Virus record (IMG/VR): IMGVR_UViG_3300036987_000538
Location: 2,877-66,876 of that record
Source: a virus
Direction: 5' to 3' (one strand)
Length of the DNA: 64,000 nucleotides
Positions 9,550 to 19,472 of this stretch are shown here, one piece after another; positions within the stretch are counted from its first letter, which is position 1, and every line of letters begins with the position of its first letter. Below the pieces are notes generated by a model that did not search any database, was not told where the DNA came from, and saw only the letters and a program-made list of their open reading frames with translations. Made by a program: the position numbers and the translations under genes.

Positions 9550-11973
9550 TCAGAAGGCATAAGGGTCGTAGTCGTCACCGTAGGCGCCGAGCTGGTTTGC
9601 GAGCGCTTGTGCTCGCGCACCAATCTGCCGCGCGACCGCCGGCTGGCGTGCGCGAGTCTCTGCGCGCCGCACCATTTCTTGCCGCACGAGATCAATGCCA
9701 GCGTCGCCGCCATTGAGGGCGATGTCGGCTATTGCTGCGCCGCGTGGCGCCGTGATGCCGCGCATGACGCGCGACCACGTGTTCATGATCGCAACGCTAG
9801 GCGTGAACTTCCACTGCACCGCCATTTTCAGCGCGTTCGCGATGGCATCAGGCGGAAGGTTGTTGCCGTGTGTGCGGGCGTTGAACATGCGCTGCGTGAC
9901 GTCGTGAACATGCCCCTCGCGATCAATCAGCCCCTGAGCGCGAGCGAGCGCGTCGTCGCCGAACAGCTGCCGCATGGTTTCGCGATTTTCGGTGCTGCCA
10001 ACGAGCGCTTGCGGGCGCGCGAACGTGCCTTGGTCGCCAGCAACTTTCGATGCCGCGCCTCCGGCTGCTGCTTGGCGGAATACGCCCTGCTCGCCGGGAG
10101 CGAGATCCTCAAAGCCGCGCATCTGGGTGTCGCGGGCGATGCCCTGGCTATTCCAGATTTTTTCGCCGGCCTGTCCGGCATCGCGATTGCGGAACGCTTG
10201 TGCGTGTTCCGCCTTGCCCGCCAACAGCGCCCGACCCTTGGTCGTCCGGCCGAGTGCCTGCTGCATGGCGCGATGCGCGCTCAGCACGACTTCATCGCCG
10301 CTGTTCGCTGCTTGCGACAGGTAGTGATAAAGCCGCTCAGCCACTGCCGGATGAAGGTTCTGCGTAAGCAGGCGTGGCTTGTCCGACACGCCGCGGGCGG
10401 CGTTCTCGGACGTGCGGTACATGGCGTCCGTGTGGAGCGCCGTATTGCGTGCTTCCTCGAAAGCCTCCTGCGCAGCCTCTATTGCGACGTCATCCTGAGC
10501 CCGCCGAGCGTCGTCGAGTCGCGCCTTCGCGTATGCCAGCTCCTCATCGGCGCGCTTCTTGCTCGCGAACGATTGAGTTCTGCGGTCGAGCAGAGCCCGG
10601 TCGGCCCGAGACACGCCGAGCACGCGCTCCTTATCGGCGGCAGTGAACGCCACGCGAGAGTCGTTCACGACGTCGTCGAGTGCGCTTTCAAGGTGTGGCG
10701 TGATGCGCTCAGGGCTTTCGCTATAGATGCGGTGGAGCCCCTGGATCTGCATGACGCCGGGCTGGCCGTTAATCGAGCCGGAGCGCAGCTCGTCGTTGAA
10801 CGGATCGCGAGCAGTCGTCGCCTCCGTTTCGAGATCCCGCATAAACTGCCGATGGTTGGTCGGCGTGCCGTTCAAGGCTTCGCCAACACCGGCCGAAACG
10901 CGGTCGGTCTGATTGCCGAGATTGCGGCGCGCGAACTCCTCGAAGGGGGCGTTCGGCATCCACGCCTCGGCACCAATTTCCTCGGCAAGCGCAGCGACGT
11001 TCGGGTTGGCGACTGCAAGCGAGTTTTGCACGCCATTGACTGACGTGTTCGCTACGTCGGCGTCGAGTTGCGCAGCGGACAAGCGAGCTTGGTCGCGCGT
11101 CTGCCCATAACGCGGCGTCTTGTGCCCTCCTTCTGCAGTGTCCGCGAGTATGCGCACGCCGGAGCGCGTGGCGTCGCCGCCAGCGGCCTCGTACGCGCGG
11201 CTGGCGATGTCGTCGACCTGCCGGCCGATCCACTTCGCGCCGTTCCAAACCATGCCGCCGCCGTACTCCAGCGCCGGCCCTAGCGCAGCGCCAAGTGCGG
11301 CGCCTCCAGCCATATCGCCAGCGACCTGCGGCAAGTCTGTGAGGTCGTCGGTTTGCCCGAGCCCTGCCGCGGTGCCGAAGCCCGCGCCGGCCGTCATACC
11401 GCCGATTACGCGCCCGCCGTGCTTGGCGACGGTCGGCGCAGCACCGCGTACGCGAAGCCCCCAGCGAGCGAGGTCGCCAACGTACTTCGCGCCTTTGAGG
11501 GCAGCGCCGCCGGGCGTGGCAACGCCACCAACCAGCTCGGCGCTCTGAGAGACAATTGGGTTCTCATCCTCGAACGCGGCCTGGTCGCCGCGGATGCGCT
11601 CCAGCTCCTCGTCATAGGTTTTGTCGGAGAATGCAGAGTGCATCAACGCGCCGACGCGGTCATAGCCGCCGAGCGTCGCGCCCTTCGCGGACGAGCGAAT
11701 AACGCCCTTCACAAAGTCTTCGCGCTCGTCCTCGGGCAACGTGTTCAGGTAGTCGCGGCCGGCGTTGAATACCGCCACGCCGGGCATGACTCCGCTAACG
11801 GCGCGGGAAGCCTTGTCGGCCACCCAGCCGGCGGCGCTGAGCGCGCGGTCCCCAAGCGAGGTTTGCTCGCTGGCGATCGACGATTGCTCGCTGTCCACTG
11901 GAATCAGGTCGTCGAACATGCCCGCGCCGGCTTTCGCCTGCGTCGGCACGAGGTCGTCAAACATCCCAGGCAT
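9550..11973 (-). CDS. large internal virion / DNA-ejection protein
   Basis: 807 aa, Ala/Gly-rich, between the tail fibers and other virion genes; size and position resemble P22 gp16/gp20-class ejection proteins. Confidence 0.35.
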   Translation of the reverse strand: MPGMFDDLVPTQAKAGAGMFDDLIPVDSEQSSIASEQTSLGDRALSAAGWVADKASRAVSGVMPGVAVFNAGRDYLNTLPEDEREDFVKGVIRSSAKGATLGGYDRVGALMHSAFSDKTYDEELERIRGDQAAFEDENPIVSQSAELVGGVATPGGAALKGAKYVGDLARWGLRVRGAAPTVAKHGGRVIGGMTAGAGFGTAAGLGQTDDLTDLPQVAGDMAGGAALGAALGPALEYGGGMVWNGAKWIGRQVDDIASRAYEAAGGDATRSGVRILADTAEGGHKTPRYGQTRDQARLSAAQLDADVANTSVNGVQNSLAVANPNVAALAEEIGAEAWMPNAPFEEFARRNLGNQTDRVSAGVGEALNGTPTNHRQFMRDLETEATTARDPFNDELRSGSINGQPGVMQIQGLHRIYSESPERITPHLESALDDVVNDSRVAFTAADKERVLGVSRADRALLDRRTQSFASKKRADEELAYAKARLDDARRAQDDVAIEAAQEAFEEARNTALHTDAMYRTSENAARGVSDKPRLLTQNLHPAVAERLYHYLSQAANSGDEVVLSAHRAMQQALGRTTKGRALLAGKAEHAQAFRNRDAGQAGEKIWNSQGIARDTQMRGFEDLAPGEQGVFRQAAAGGAASKVAGDQGTFARPQALVGSTENRETMRQLFGDDALARAQGLIDREGHVHDVTQRMFNARTHGNNLPPDAIANALKMAVQWKFTPSVAIMNTWSRVMRGITAPRGAAIADIALNGGDAGIDLVRQEMVRRAETRARQPAVARQIGARAQALANQLGAYGDDYDPYAF

Positions 11974-13874
11974 TACAACCCCGTTGTGTCGATTCCGCTC
12001 TGACGTAGGCGCTCAATCACCTTGTCCCGGGGTGCCCCGCGGGAGATGGCGTCTCGTGCCTGTGCCAACGGGTCCATTGTAGCAGCTGGGGTCTGCTGAC
12101 CGGCTGCAGCAGCTGGCGCATTAGCAGCAGGCGTGGGAGTGCCAGAAAGGCGTGCCTGCGCGGCGGCGCGGTCCTGGCCAAGCCGCTCGCGTGCGGCGCC
12201 CTCGTGCTGCGCCTTGAGCTGCCCAAAGAACATCTGCGCGTCGCGGGGCTTGCCGGCGACGGTGAGGTCGAGCATGCGCTGTGCGTCCGGCGACAGGTAG
12301 GAATCCTTGATGTTCGCCTTGATGTAGCTTTGCAGCCCGTCGTCGAGCAGCGGATCTACGCCCGCCTGCCGCTTTTCTTCGAGGTACTGCTCCGATAGCT
12401 GACGCACGTCCTGTAGGCGCGCGACGCTTGCCTTCATCGTTTCGGCCTTCAGGTAATTCGATATTGGCGTGCCTTCCTTTAGCGACGGCGATGCCTTGAG
12501 GAACATCTGGCCTTCGTAGTTTGACACAGCGCCCGGCCAGCCAGCTTTCTGCAGCTTCGCGAACTGGAACTGAATCGCGTTGCTGACATCAGCCATGGTG
12601 GCATTCTGCGGGTTGATGCCGAACAGCTGGAAGTACGGACCAGCGAACTCAGCAACCGCGATCGGCAGCGGTCCCGGCGACTTGAAATTCATCGCCTCGA
12701 AGGTTTCGAGCAAGCCGTTCGTGCCCGCGACGCTGTCCGTTGAGTCAGACAGCGCCTTTGCGTTCTTCTCATTCATTTTCTGCGCGTGCTTGCGCCGTGC
12801 AGTGTAGTCGTCCGGCGTGGACGCGGATTCGTAGGACGCGTTCAGAGCGATCGGCGACACTGGCGTGCCGTCATCTTTCACGAGGCGGACGCCGCGCTTG
12901 TAAGCGAAATCGCCAGTCTTACCGTCAGCGCTGCGCGCAACGACGGAGGTCGGCCAGTCACCCGCCGCAGCTTCGCGCGGGCGCCGCTGCATGGCAGCGC
13001 CGTCGTTGTCTTCCACCGGGTCAGCAGTCATCGCGTCGAACTGTTCGCCGGACACCGCGTCAGGGCCTTCATGTCCCGGTCCCTTAGCGAAAACGCGCAT
13101 GCCGCCCTGGCCGTCCGGCTCCCAAGTTGTGCCGGTGATCTTGTCGAGCGTCTGCACGACGCCGCCGACGCCGACGCTGCGGACATATCGGCCACCGCCG
13201 CTGCCGGTCCCTCTGTTGGCTGCGCGTGTCTGCCACACCTCCATGGTGTTCTTTTGGTTCTGCGCGCGCACGTCGTCTTCGCGCCGGTAGGTTTCGGTGC
13301 GGTCCTCAAGCTCCTCATCGCGGTTCTGGTAGCGCATGCGTGCAGCCTCAGCGGCGCGCTGCTGCTGATTCTCAAGGTCGTACTGGCGCTGCGTCTGGTC
13401 GCGACCGACTTGAAACTGGTTCTGCCGGTCTGCTGCGCGGTCAGAATGATCGAAGGTGCGAATTTGTGACGCCGTCGACCACTCGTTCTGCTCGCGCGCT
13501 GCATCGCGCCGCTGAGCTTCGAGACGGTCGTCGCGCTCGCGCTGGCGTGCGGCCTCGTCCTTGGTGCGCTGATCCTGAATGACGCTCTGCGCGCCGGCCT
13601 GCGGGTCGATCTCGTTGAGCGCGGCGCGCGCGCCATCGACGTCGCCACTGGCGAGCGCCTCAGACAGCCACTTGCGGCGCTCCTGCTCATCGACGGCGTT
13701 GCGAGCCTCAAGGAAGCCGCCGGTGCCCTTCGCGAACACGTGCGCGAGCCCACCCAGGATGCCCGGGTCAGTGCTCGGTGCCTGCGCGTTCATGAGGTTG
13801 TCGGCCAGGGCCTTCGAGTACGGCGACCGCACAGGAACGCCTGGAATCGAGAGCTTCTTAACGAGGTCAGCCAT
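11973..13874 (-). CDS. internal virion / ejection protein (charged, Q/R/E-rich central region)
   Basis: ATG at 13874 directly after the palindrome at 13877-13890, whose AGGTG can act as SD; 633 aa. Confidence 0.35.
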   Translation of the reverse strand: MADLVKKLSIPGVPVRSPYSKALADNLMNAQAPSTDPGILGGLAHVFAKGTGGFLEARNAVDEQERRKWLSEALASGDVDGARAALNEIDPQAGAQSVIQDQRTKDEAARQRERDDRLEAQRRDAAREQNEWSTASQIRTFDHSDRAADRQNQFQVGRDQTQRQYDLENQQQRAAEAARMRYQNRDEELEDRTETYRREDDVRAQNQKNTMEVWQTRAANRGTGSGGGRYVRSVGVGGVVQTLDKITGTTWEPDGQGGMRVFAKGPGHEGPDAVSGEQFDAMTADPVEDNDGAAMQRRPREAAAGDWPTSVVARSADGKTGDFAYKRGVRLVKDDGTPVSPIALNASYESASTPDDYTARRKHAQKMNEKNAKALSDSTDSVAGTNGLLETFEAMNFKSPGPLPIAVAEFAGPYFQLFGINPQNATMADVSNAIQFQFAKLQKAGWPGAVSNYEGQMFLKASPSLKEGTPISNYLKAETMKASVARLQDVRQLSEQYLEEKRQAGVDPLLDDGLQSYIKANIKDSYLSPDAQRMLDLTVAGKPRDAQMFFGQLKAQHEGAARERLGQDRAAAQARLSGTPTPAANAPAAAAGQQTPAATMDPLAQARDAISRGAPRDKVIERLRQSGIDTTGL

Positions 13875-13876
13875 CA

Positions 13877-13890
13877 GTAACACCTGTTAC
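13877..13890. repeat. motif A GTAACACCTGTTAC
   Basis: 2 nt upstream of the ATG at 13874. Confidence 0.9.
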
Positions 13891-13900
13891 TCAAATTCGA

Positions 13901-14929
13901 TTACGCCAGCTTCCAGATGGAAGCGGCCCCGAGCGCGCCCTGTCCGAGTCCCTGCCACATCGCAGCCTGCTGCTGCGCTTTGGTGTTGGCTGCGGCCTGA
14001 GCGGCGCTGTTGGAAGCGTACGTGTATCCGCCGATGTCAGCGGCCTGCGTATTGTACTGAGGCGTCGCCACCTGATTGGGCGTGCCGAATACGGGCGAGC
14101 CCTGCAGCCAAATGCTGGCCTCGTCGAACGCGCGGTTGCGGTCCTGAATGTCCTCGTTCTGGATCTGGCCGCGGAGCTGCTGCTCAGTGTTGAGCTTGTT
14201 GCTCCAATCGGCGTTCGCCTGGTTGCTGAATGAGAACTGCTCGTTGATCGAGTTCGACCGCAGCTGCTGCTCGGTCTGGATTCGGTCCTGCGCCACCTGG
14301 TGGCCGGTCTGGTACGCCTGGTTCTGCAATTGCAAATACGCGTCGTTCTGGTTGGCCTGCGTATTCTGATTCACCTGACGCGCGGCCTCGCCGTCGATCG
14401 GGAGTCCCCGGTCGTCGAACGTCTGCGCGTTGCGGTCGTTCTGCTGCGCAAAGAGCGGGTCCATGCGCGCCTTACCGGCATTCCAGACGTTGTCCGCCGC
14501 CTGCTGGTCGATCGCCGACACGTCCCCGTAGTTGTTCGGGTTGTAGGCGAAGTCGTCGGCGCCCTTGCTCCAGATGTTCAGCGCTGACGTGTCAACAGCG
14601 CGCGGGTTGTACGGCGCGCTATTTGCCATGCTGTACTGGTCGGTGGGCATACCGCCGAGCGCGGTCTGCGCGCGCTTCGCCAAGTCGAGCCCGATCTGAT
14701 TCTGCGTGTTCAGCGTCTGCTGCGCAGTCGCATCAAGCGTCGTCGTCTGCGACAGCGGCACGCCGGTTTTCGGGTCGCGCTGATACGTGACATTGCCATA
14801 CGGCCCGTACATATCGACGGCGCTGTACTTGGCGTTGTCCTGCGCGGCTTGCGTGTTCGCAGCGGTTTGTGCCTTTGCGGTCGCAACCGGATCTGGAGGC
14901 GTCGGTGTGGTCGAGGAGCCTTTTGCCAT
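13901..14929 (-). CDS. internal virion / ejection protein (Q/N-rich)
   Basis: TAATG overlap with the upstream GNAT gene; 342 aa low-complexity Q/N/A. Confidence 0.3.
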   Translation of the reverse strand: MAKGSSTTPTPPDPVATAKAQTAANTQAAQDNAKYSAVDMYGPYGNVTYQRDPKTGVPLSQTTTLDATAQQTLNTQNQIGLDLAKRAQTALGGMPTDQYSMANSAPYNPRAVDTSALNIWSKGADDFAYNPNNYGDVSAIDQQAADNVWNAGKARMDPLFAQQNDRNAQTFDDRGLPIDGEAARQVNQNTQANQNDAYLQLQNQAYQTGHQVAQDRIQTEQQLRSNSINEQFSFSNQANADWSNKLNTEQQLRGQIQNEDIQDRNRAFDEASIWLQGSPVFGTPNQVATPQYNTQAADIGGYTYASNSAAQAAANTKAQQQAAMWQGLGQGALGAASIWKLA

Positions 14930-15399
14930 TAGAGGTACTTGCACTCCGTCTTGAGCAGCCCGTACACGAGCGCATTCGTCTTTCCGTCCCACCCCTGCCG
15001 GAGCACGCCCTCTTTGCGAAAGCCGAGCTTCTTGCTCACACGTTCGGCGTGTCGATTGCCCTCACGGATAACGAACGTCACGCGCGAGCACTTGAGCTGC
15101 GCGAACGCGTACCCGAATAGGTAGGCGAGGATCTCTTTGCGCGCCCACTTGGCGCCGCTCTCAGCAGCCACTGACACGCGCACGTCGTTTCCGTGCGGCC
15201 CGGGGCGCAGCTCGGTAAACACAAAGCCGGCGACCGGCCGGCCGTCGATGCCGATCCCGATCGCGGAAAACGGGCCAAACGCCGCGGCATCGTCGATGCC
15301 CTCAATGCGCTCTGCCACCCACCCGGCGACTGCCGGTGCCGTGATGATTTCGATCACAGCGGGCCTCCATACTCGTAGATGAATTTTGTCGCCACCCAC
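14929..15399 (-). CDS. GNAT-family N-acetyltransferase embedded in the virion module
   Basis: RVTFVIREGNRHAERVSKKLGFRKEGVLRQ... resembles a GNAT acetyl-CoA binding motif. Confidence 0.5.
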   Translation of the reverse strand: MGGDKIHLRVWRPAVIEIITAPAVAGWVAERIEGIDDAAAFGPFSAIGIGIDGRPVAGFVFTELRPGPHGNDVRVSVAAESGAKWARKEILAYLFGYAFAQLKCSRVTFVIREGNRHAERVSKKLGFRKEGVLRQGWDGKTNALVYGLLKTECKYL

Positions 15400-16904
15400 G
15401 CAACGGGCGCCTTCAGCACCTGTGCGTAGAGACGCATTGCGGACACGCTGCCGATTGTCTCACAGCCGGTGATCATCTGCTGCGTGGTGTCTTCTCGAGT
15501 CCAAAACGCCTCATCCCACTTTGCTGTGCCCCAATACGCGGGGGACTCCTGCTCGCCGAACTCGATCGCAGGACCTACTGCAATAGCGCCATGGTCAGAG
15601 CCCATGGCCACGTGGATGTCGGGCATCTCGACTGAGTTGAGAGTCAGCTGCTGCAGCTTGTGGTGCTTGATGCGCCCGTTGTCGTCGAAGTAGTCCCACG
15701 AGGTCAGCGCGTTGACGATGATAGGCCGGCCGTCGTCGTGGATTCCGTCGAAGCGCTTGATTGCGCCGGCGGTCGTCGCAAGGTGCATGACAGAGCCCTT
15801 GCGTGCCCACGACGATGCGTTCAGGCCCGTGAAGCGGCACCAAGCCTTGGTGTCGAAATTCTGCACATGCTGCACGAACGAGTTGCCCTGCGGCACGTTC
15901 ACGATCAGCATCGCCTGCGACTTGTGGTAGGCGAGCGACCAGCCGTCGTTGGTGTCTACGCGCGACGTCGCGTCGAGCACGACGTCTTGGATGTTGTCGC
16001 TGAGGATCTTGGACTTGGGCGTCGTTTCACCAAACGGAATCGAGACGTTCACGCTCTCGTATCCACGCTCGGTGATCGCGACCACGTCCGCGCCGGTATC
16101 AAGGAAGCCGAAGCGAGAAAGCGGGCGCCCGATGGTGAATTTACCAACCTTGCGGAAGTTGTCGGAGTCGCTCGGGTTGGTGCCCGAGTAAACCATGCAG
16201 TCGCCGGACGAGAACAGGCACACGAGATAGTCGTCAGGGCCGTCGCCGCCGTCGCGCGAGATCGACATCAGGGCGAACAGCGTGCCTTTCATCGAGTCAA
16301 CAGTTGTGAAGTCGAAGCGATATAGATCGCCGCCGATGGTCTGAGGCGAGGCGCCGTACCACATCGTCTGGCTGTTCTTTTCGACGAGATAGACGCGCCC
16401 GCCGTGAACGTGAACGAAATTCATCTTGGTTAGGTCGAGCGTCGCGGCGACACTCGCGTGCTTGGTGTAAGCCGCCGCACTGAGCGTCGTGCCGTCAAAC
16501 TTCTGCACGGCGTCAACGCCGTTCGCCAGCACGAGATGGTGCGAGACTGTGGCTCCGGCCCAATAGTCATTGCCGAAGCCGTCGCCAAGCTCGACTGCGG
16601 AGGCGCCGCTTACGTCGAACAGCTTGCCGTCGCCGGCAGCAATCAGATGCTGCACGGTCAGACGCTCGAACTCGATCAGCCGCTTGACGCTGCCTGTCGT
16701 GCCCGTTTCGCAAGTCGTGGTCGCCCCAGGCCGCGAAACGACGTCGCGATGCCTGGGGTAGAGGTTGTCCAGCTCGATGGCATATCCGACCTGCATCTGC
16801 GCAGACGGATCGCGCGCGTTCCAGCCACGCGTAGGCGCGGGCCGCGTCTTACTCCGCGACACCTGTTGCCCACGCTGTTGCCTGCGCGCTTGCCACAGAG
16901 ACAT
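15354..16904 (-). CDS. virion structural protein (tail/adaptor-like), 516 aa
   Basis: position within the tail gene block; no recognisable catalytic motif. Confidence 0.3.
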   Translation of the reverse strand: MSLWQARRQQRGQQVSRSKTRPAPTRGWNARDPSAQMQVGYAIELDNLYPRHRDVVSRPGATTTCETGTTGSVKRLIEFERLTVQHLIAAGDGKLFDVSGASAVELGDGFGNDYWAGATVSHHLVLANGVDAVQKFDGTTLSAAAYTKHASVAATLDLTKMNFVHVHGGRVYLVEKNSQTMWYGASPQTIGGDLYRFDFTTVDSMKGTLFALMSISRDGGDGPDDYLVCLFSSGDCMVYSGTNPSDSDNFRKVGKFTIGRPLSRFGFLDTGADVVAITERGYESVNVSIPFGETTPKSKILSDNIQDVVLDATSRVDTNDGWSLAYHKSQAMLIVNVPQGNSFVQHVQNFDTKAWCRFTGLNASSWARKGSVMHLATTAGAIKRFDGIHDDGRPIIVNALTSWDYFDDNGRIKHHKLQQLTLNSVEMPDIHVAMGSDHGAIAVGPAIEFGEQESPAYWGTAKWDEAFWTREDTTQQMITGCETIGSVSAMRLYAQVLKAPVAWVATKFIYEYGGPL

Positions 16905-16913
16905 GAGTGCTCC

Positions 16914-17195
16914 TTACGCCGGGGGTGCGCCCGCCGGAGGGGGAGCGCCTGCACCGCCGCCGCCCTGAGCGGCCATGACGGCGTCGATGGCCTGAATGAC
17001 CATGGGGAGGTTTTCGGGGGAGATACCGAGCGACGACAGAAACTGCTGCGCCTGCTCAGGAGGCATCGGAGCGTCGGGAGATGGTGCTCCACCGGGGGCG
17101 CCGCCGGGAGGGGCTCCAGCACCGGGGGGAGGCATCTGCATGGGAGGCGAAGCCCCCAATGCCTGAGACATAGCTGCGCGCTGATTGGGGTCCAT
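16914..17195 (-). CDS. small Pro/Gly/Ala-rich protein
   Basis: 93 aa; central EQAQQFLSSLGISPENLPMVIQAIDAVMAAQ flanked by PPGAGAP repeats. Confidence 0.3.
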   Translation of the reverse strand: MDPNQRAAMSQALGASPPMQMPPPGAGAPPGGAPGGAPSPDAPMPPEQAQQFLSSLGISPENLPMVIQAIDAVMAAQGGGGAGAPPPAGAPPA

Positions 17196-17261
17196 GAATC
17201 ACCAGTGGTTGGCGTTAAAAACGATTTCGCCATTCTAACATGGTGGGTCGCGCAACTTGGC

Positions 17262-17966
17262 TTAGCCGGCGTCGATCTGGATGTTGCCGAGCGAGAAGCC
17301 ACCGGCCGCGGCCGGCGTGTTGAGCGAGATGTCGCCGTGCGGCACGTCGACTTCGCGCAGCTGTTTCGCGTAGCGCAGCCAGTCGTTGAAGTCCTCGCCG
17401 TATTCGAGGCCCTTGGCTTTCTTGAACAGCCAAACGACGCCGCGGGTTAGCGCCTCCTCGTCGAGCAGCACGACGTCGGTGTTGTTTTTGGCGAACGCGG
17501 TGCGCTCGCCGGTGTCCTTGTCGGCGAGCCACGCCTTGGAGTCGTACTCGAACAGGATCTGCTCGCCCGCGACGGTGTTGCCGGGGAGCACGAAATTGTT
17601 GCCGAGCAACCGATAGAGCCCGTTCGGCATGGGTGACGGATTGAGGCGCGCGGCGGTGTGCATGCGAGCGTTAGCGACACGCATCGGCAGGCGCTGCGTC
17701 AGGTTTATTACAGTGTCGGCGTCGATCGAGCGATAGCCGGGCAGCGCGGTCGTAAGACTGAATTGCGTCTCGCCGGCAACGGTCGTGAACTCATGCGGCA
17801 GCTTGAGCGCTCGCCACGTGTGAAATGCAATCAGGTCGGCTGCAGCCTGATAAGTCAGCTGCAGGTATTGCGCCGGCAAGCCGCTGCTCGCGCCGACGAC
17901 GGTGACGGGCTTTTGAAGCCCGATGCGGTAGCAGATAGCCTCTGCGACTTCGAGAATGCTACTCAT
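17262..17966 (-). CDS. virion structural protein (234 aa)
   Basis: ATG at 17966 preceded by the palindrome at 17987-18000 plus GAGGAG. Confidence 0.35.
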   Translation of the reverse strand: MSSILEVAEAICYRIGLQKPVTVVGASSGLPAQYLQLTYQAAADLIAFHTWRALKLPHEFTTVAGETQFSLTTALPGYRSIDADTVINLTQRLPMRVANARMHTAARLNPSPMPNGLYRLLGNNFVLPGNTVAGEQILFEYDSKAWLADKDTGERTAFAKNNTDVVLLDEEALTRGVVWLFKKAKGLEYGEDFNDWLRYAKQLREVDVPHGDISLNTPAAAGGFSLGNIQIDAG

Positions 17967-17986
17967 CGGGCTTCAAATCTCCTCGG

Positions 17987-18000
17987 GTAACAGATGTTAC
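17987..18000. repeat. motif A GTAACAGATGTTAC
   Basis: abuts the stop at 18001; 20 nt upstream of the ATG at 17966. Confidence 0.9.
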
Positions 18001-18795
18001 TTACGCAGCGGCGCGGACAGCCTTGCGGGTTGCCTCGTACTCACTGAGCAGCTTGACCGCTTCCTCGCGGCTGCGCGGGGCAGCTGCGAACTCAAGGCCA
18101 GCACAGATAGACGCCAGCTCCTTGAAGGTCTTGGACTCCCAGCCTTCCGGCAGAGCAGCCTTTTTCTCGACGACAGCGCGCGTGTTGCTCAGCGCGAGAT
18201 CCACGCCAGCTGCAGTCACGTCGCCGCCGCTCTTTTTGATGAAAGCCTCGAACTTGTCGGTGAGGCCCTGGATAGTCTTGGCCATCTCGCCGATCTGAGT
18301 CTTCAGCTGAGCGTTCTCGATGACGAGCTTCTCGGCGTTGCCGCCCTTGGCTGCGGCGTCGATGTAGGCTTTCGCCAAATCGCGCAGCATCATGCCGCCC
18401 ATCCCGAGCTTGCTCAGGTTTGCGTCGGGGCAATTCGCGATGCTCTCGACAGTGAAGAAATTTTGCGCCTTGAGCGAATAGACTTCGCGCGTCGTGAGGC
18501 GGGGCCAGGCGTCAACGGGCGTACCGTCAAACACCATTTCTTCCTCGTTCTTGAAGCGCTGGTAAGCTGCGGCGAAGCGCTCGCGATCGTGGTCCGTGAC
18601 GCGACGGACAGGAGCCGTCTTGTTATCGCCGGGGATGATGATGTGAATCATCTCGATCGTTTCGTAGATGGGACGGCCCTGCTCAGCCGACTTCATCTCG
18701 TTCTTGACGGGCTCGCGAATGAACATCGGGAACACGTCCTGCGCAGCGCTGCTCGTTTCGCCGTAGAAGCTGCGCTGAATGTCACTGTTATCCAT
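18001..18795 (-). CDS. virion structural protein (264 aa)
   Basis: stop TAA abuts the palindrome; gene sits downstream of a strong terminator. Confidence 0.35.
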   Translation of the reverse strand: MDNSDIQRSFYGETSSAAQDVFPMFIREPVKNEMKSAEQGRPIYETIEMIHIIIPGDNKTAPVRRVTDHDRERFAAAYQRFKNEEEMVFDGTPVDAWPRLTTREVYSLKAQNFFTVESIANCPDANLSKLGMGGMMLRDLAKAYIDAAAKGGNAEKLVIENAQLKTQIGEMAKTIQGLTDKFEAFIKKSGGDVTAAGVDLALSNTRAVVEKKAALPEGWESKTFKELASICAGLEFAAAPRSREEAVKLLSEYEATRKAVRAAA

Positions 18796-18847
18796 GGTTC
18801 TCCTTGGAGGTTACGCGTCAGGAGCGGGGCCAAGACGCAAACATGCT

Positions 18848-18878
18848 CCCAAAACAAATACGGCGGCGAGCTGCCGCC
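18848..18878 (-). terminator. rho-independent terminator after the capsid/decoration genes
   Basis: minus strand GGCGGC-AGCTC-GCCGCC followed by GTATTTGTTTTGGG. Confidence 0.65.
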
Positions 18879-18911
18879 CACCGCCGTATTATACGCCACT
18901 CAATCGAGCGC

Positions 18912-19400
18912 TTACGCCTTGGTAGCGCCGACGCGAGTGTCAACGATCGTCGCCAGAGCAAGCCCTGCCGAAGCAGCGCGAGCGGCCTGGAGCACGATGC
19001 CCTCGATCACTTCCGAGCCGGCGGTGCCATCGTCGTCGAGCTGGCCAGCAGTGGCCGTCGAGTTGATGGCTACGTTGGCGGCGCACGATGCAGCGACCTG
19101 CACGTTGGACTCGCCCTTCCAGACGAACCAGCCGTACTCGTTCACGCCGACCGGAGCCTGAGCGACAGCGACGCGAGCGCCGAATGCCGTAGCCGTGGTC
19201 GTGAGCGAAGCGGGGGCGATCGTGAGGTCGGGGGCGACCACGCCGACATAGCCCTCGCCGGCAAACGCAGCGCTTGCCTTGAGATAGACGGCCTCGCCGC
19301 CCTTCTCCAGTTCGACGGTCGTACCAACCGCAACGCGCGGCTTGGTGTCGACCAGTTCGAGATTGGCACCAATCAGGTGCCCGATGGGTTTCGCAACCAT
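18912..19400 (-). CDS. putative head decoration / minor capsid protein
   Basis: 162 aa Ala/Val/Gly-rich beta-type protein directly downstream of the capsid gene. Confidence 0.3.
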   Translation of the reverse strand: MVAKPIGHLIGANLELVDTKPRVAVGTTVELEKGGEAVYLKASAAFAGEGYVGVVAPDLTIAPASLTTTATAFGARVAVAQAPVGVNEYGWFVWKGESNVQVAASCAANVAINSTATAGQLDDDGTAGSEVIEGIVLQAARAASAGLALATIVDTRVGATKA

Positions 19401-19472
19401 GATTTCCGTTCCTGTTTCCTGAGATCTGCGGAGGCACTGGCTAGTGGTTACCCACCGGCCAGTGCATTTCCT

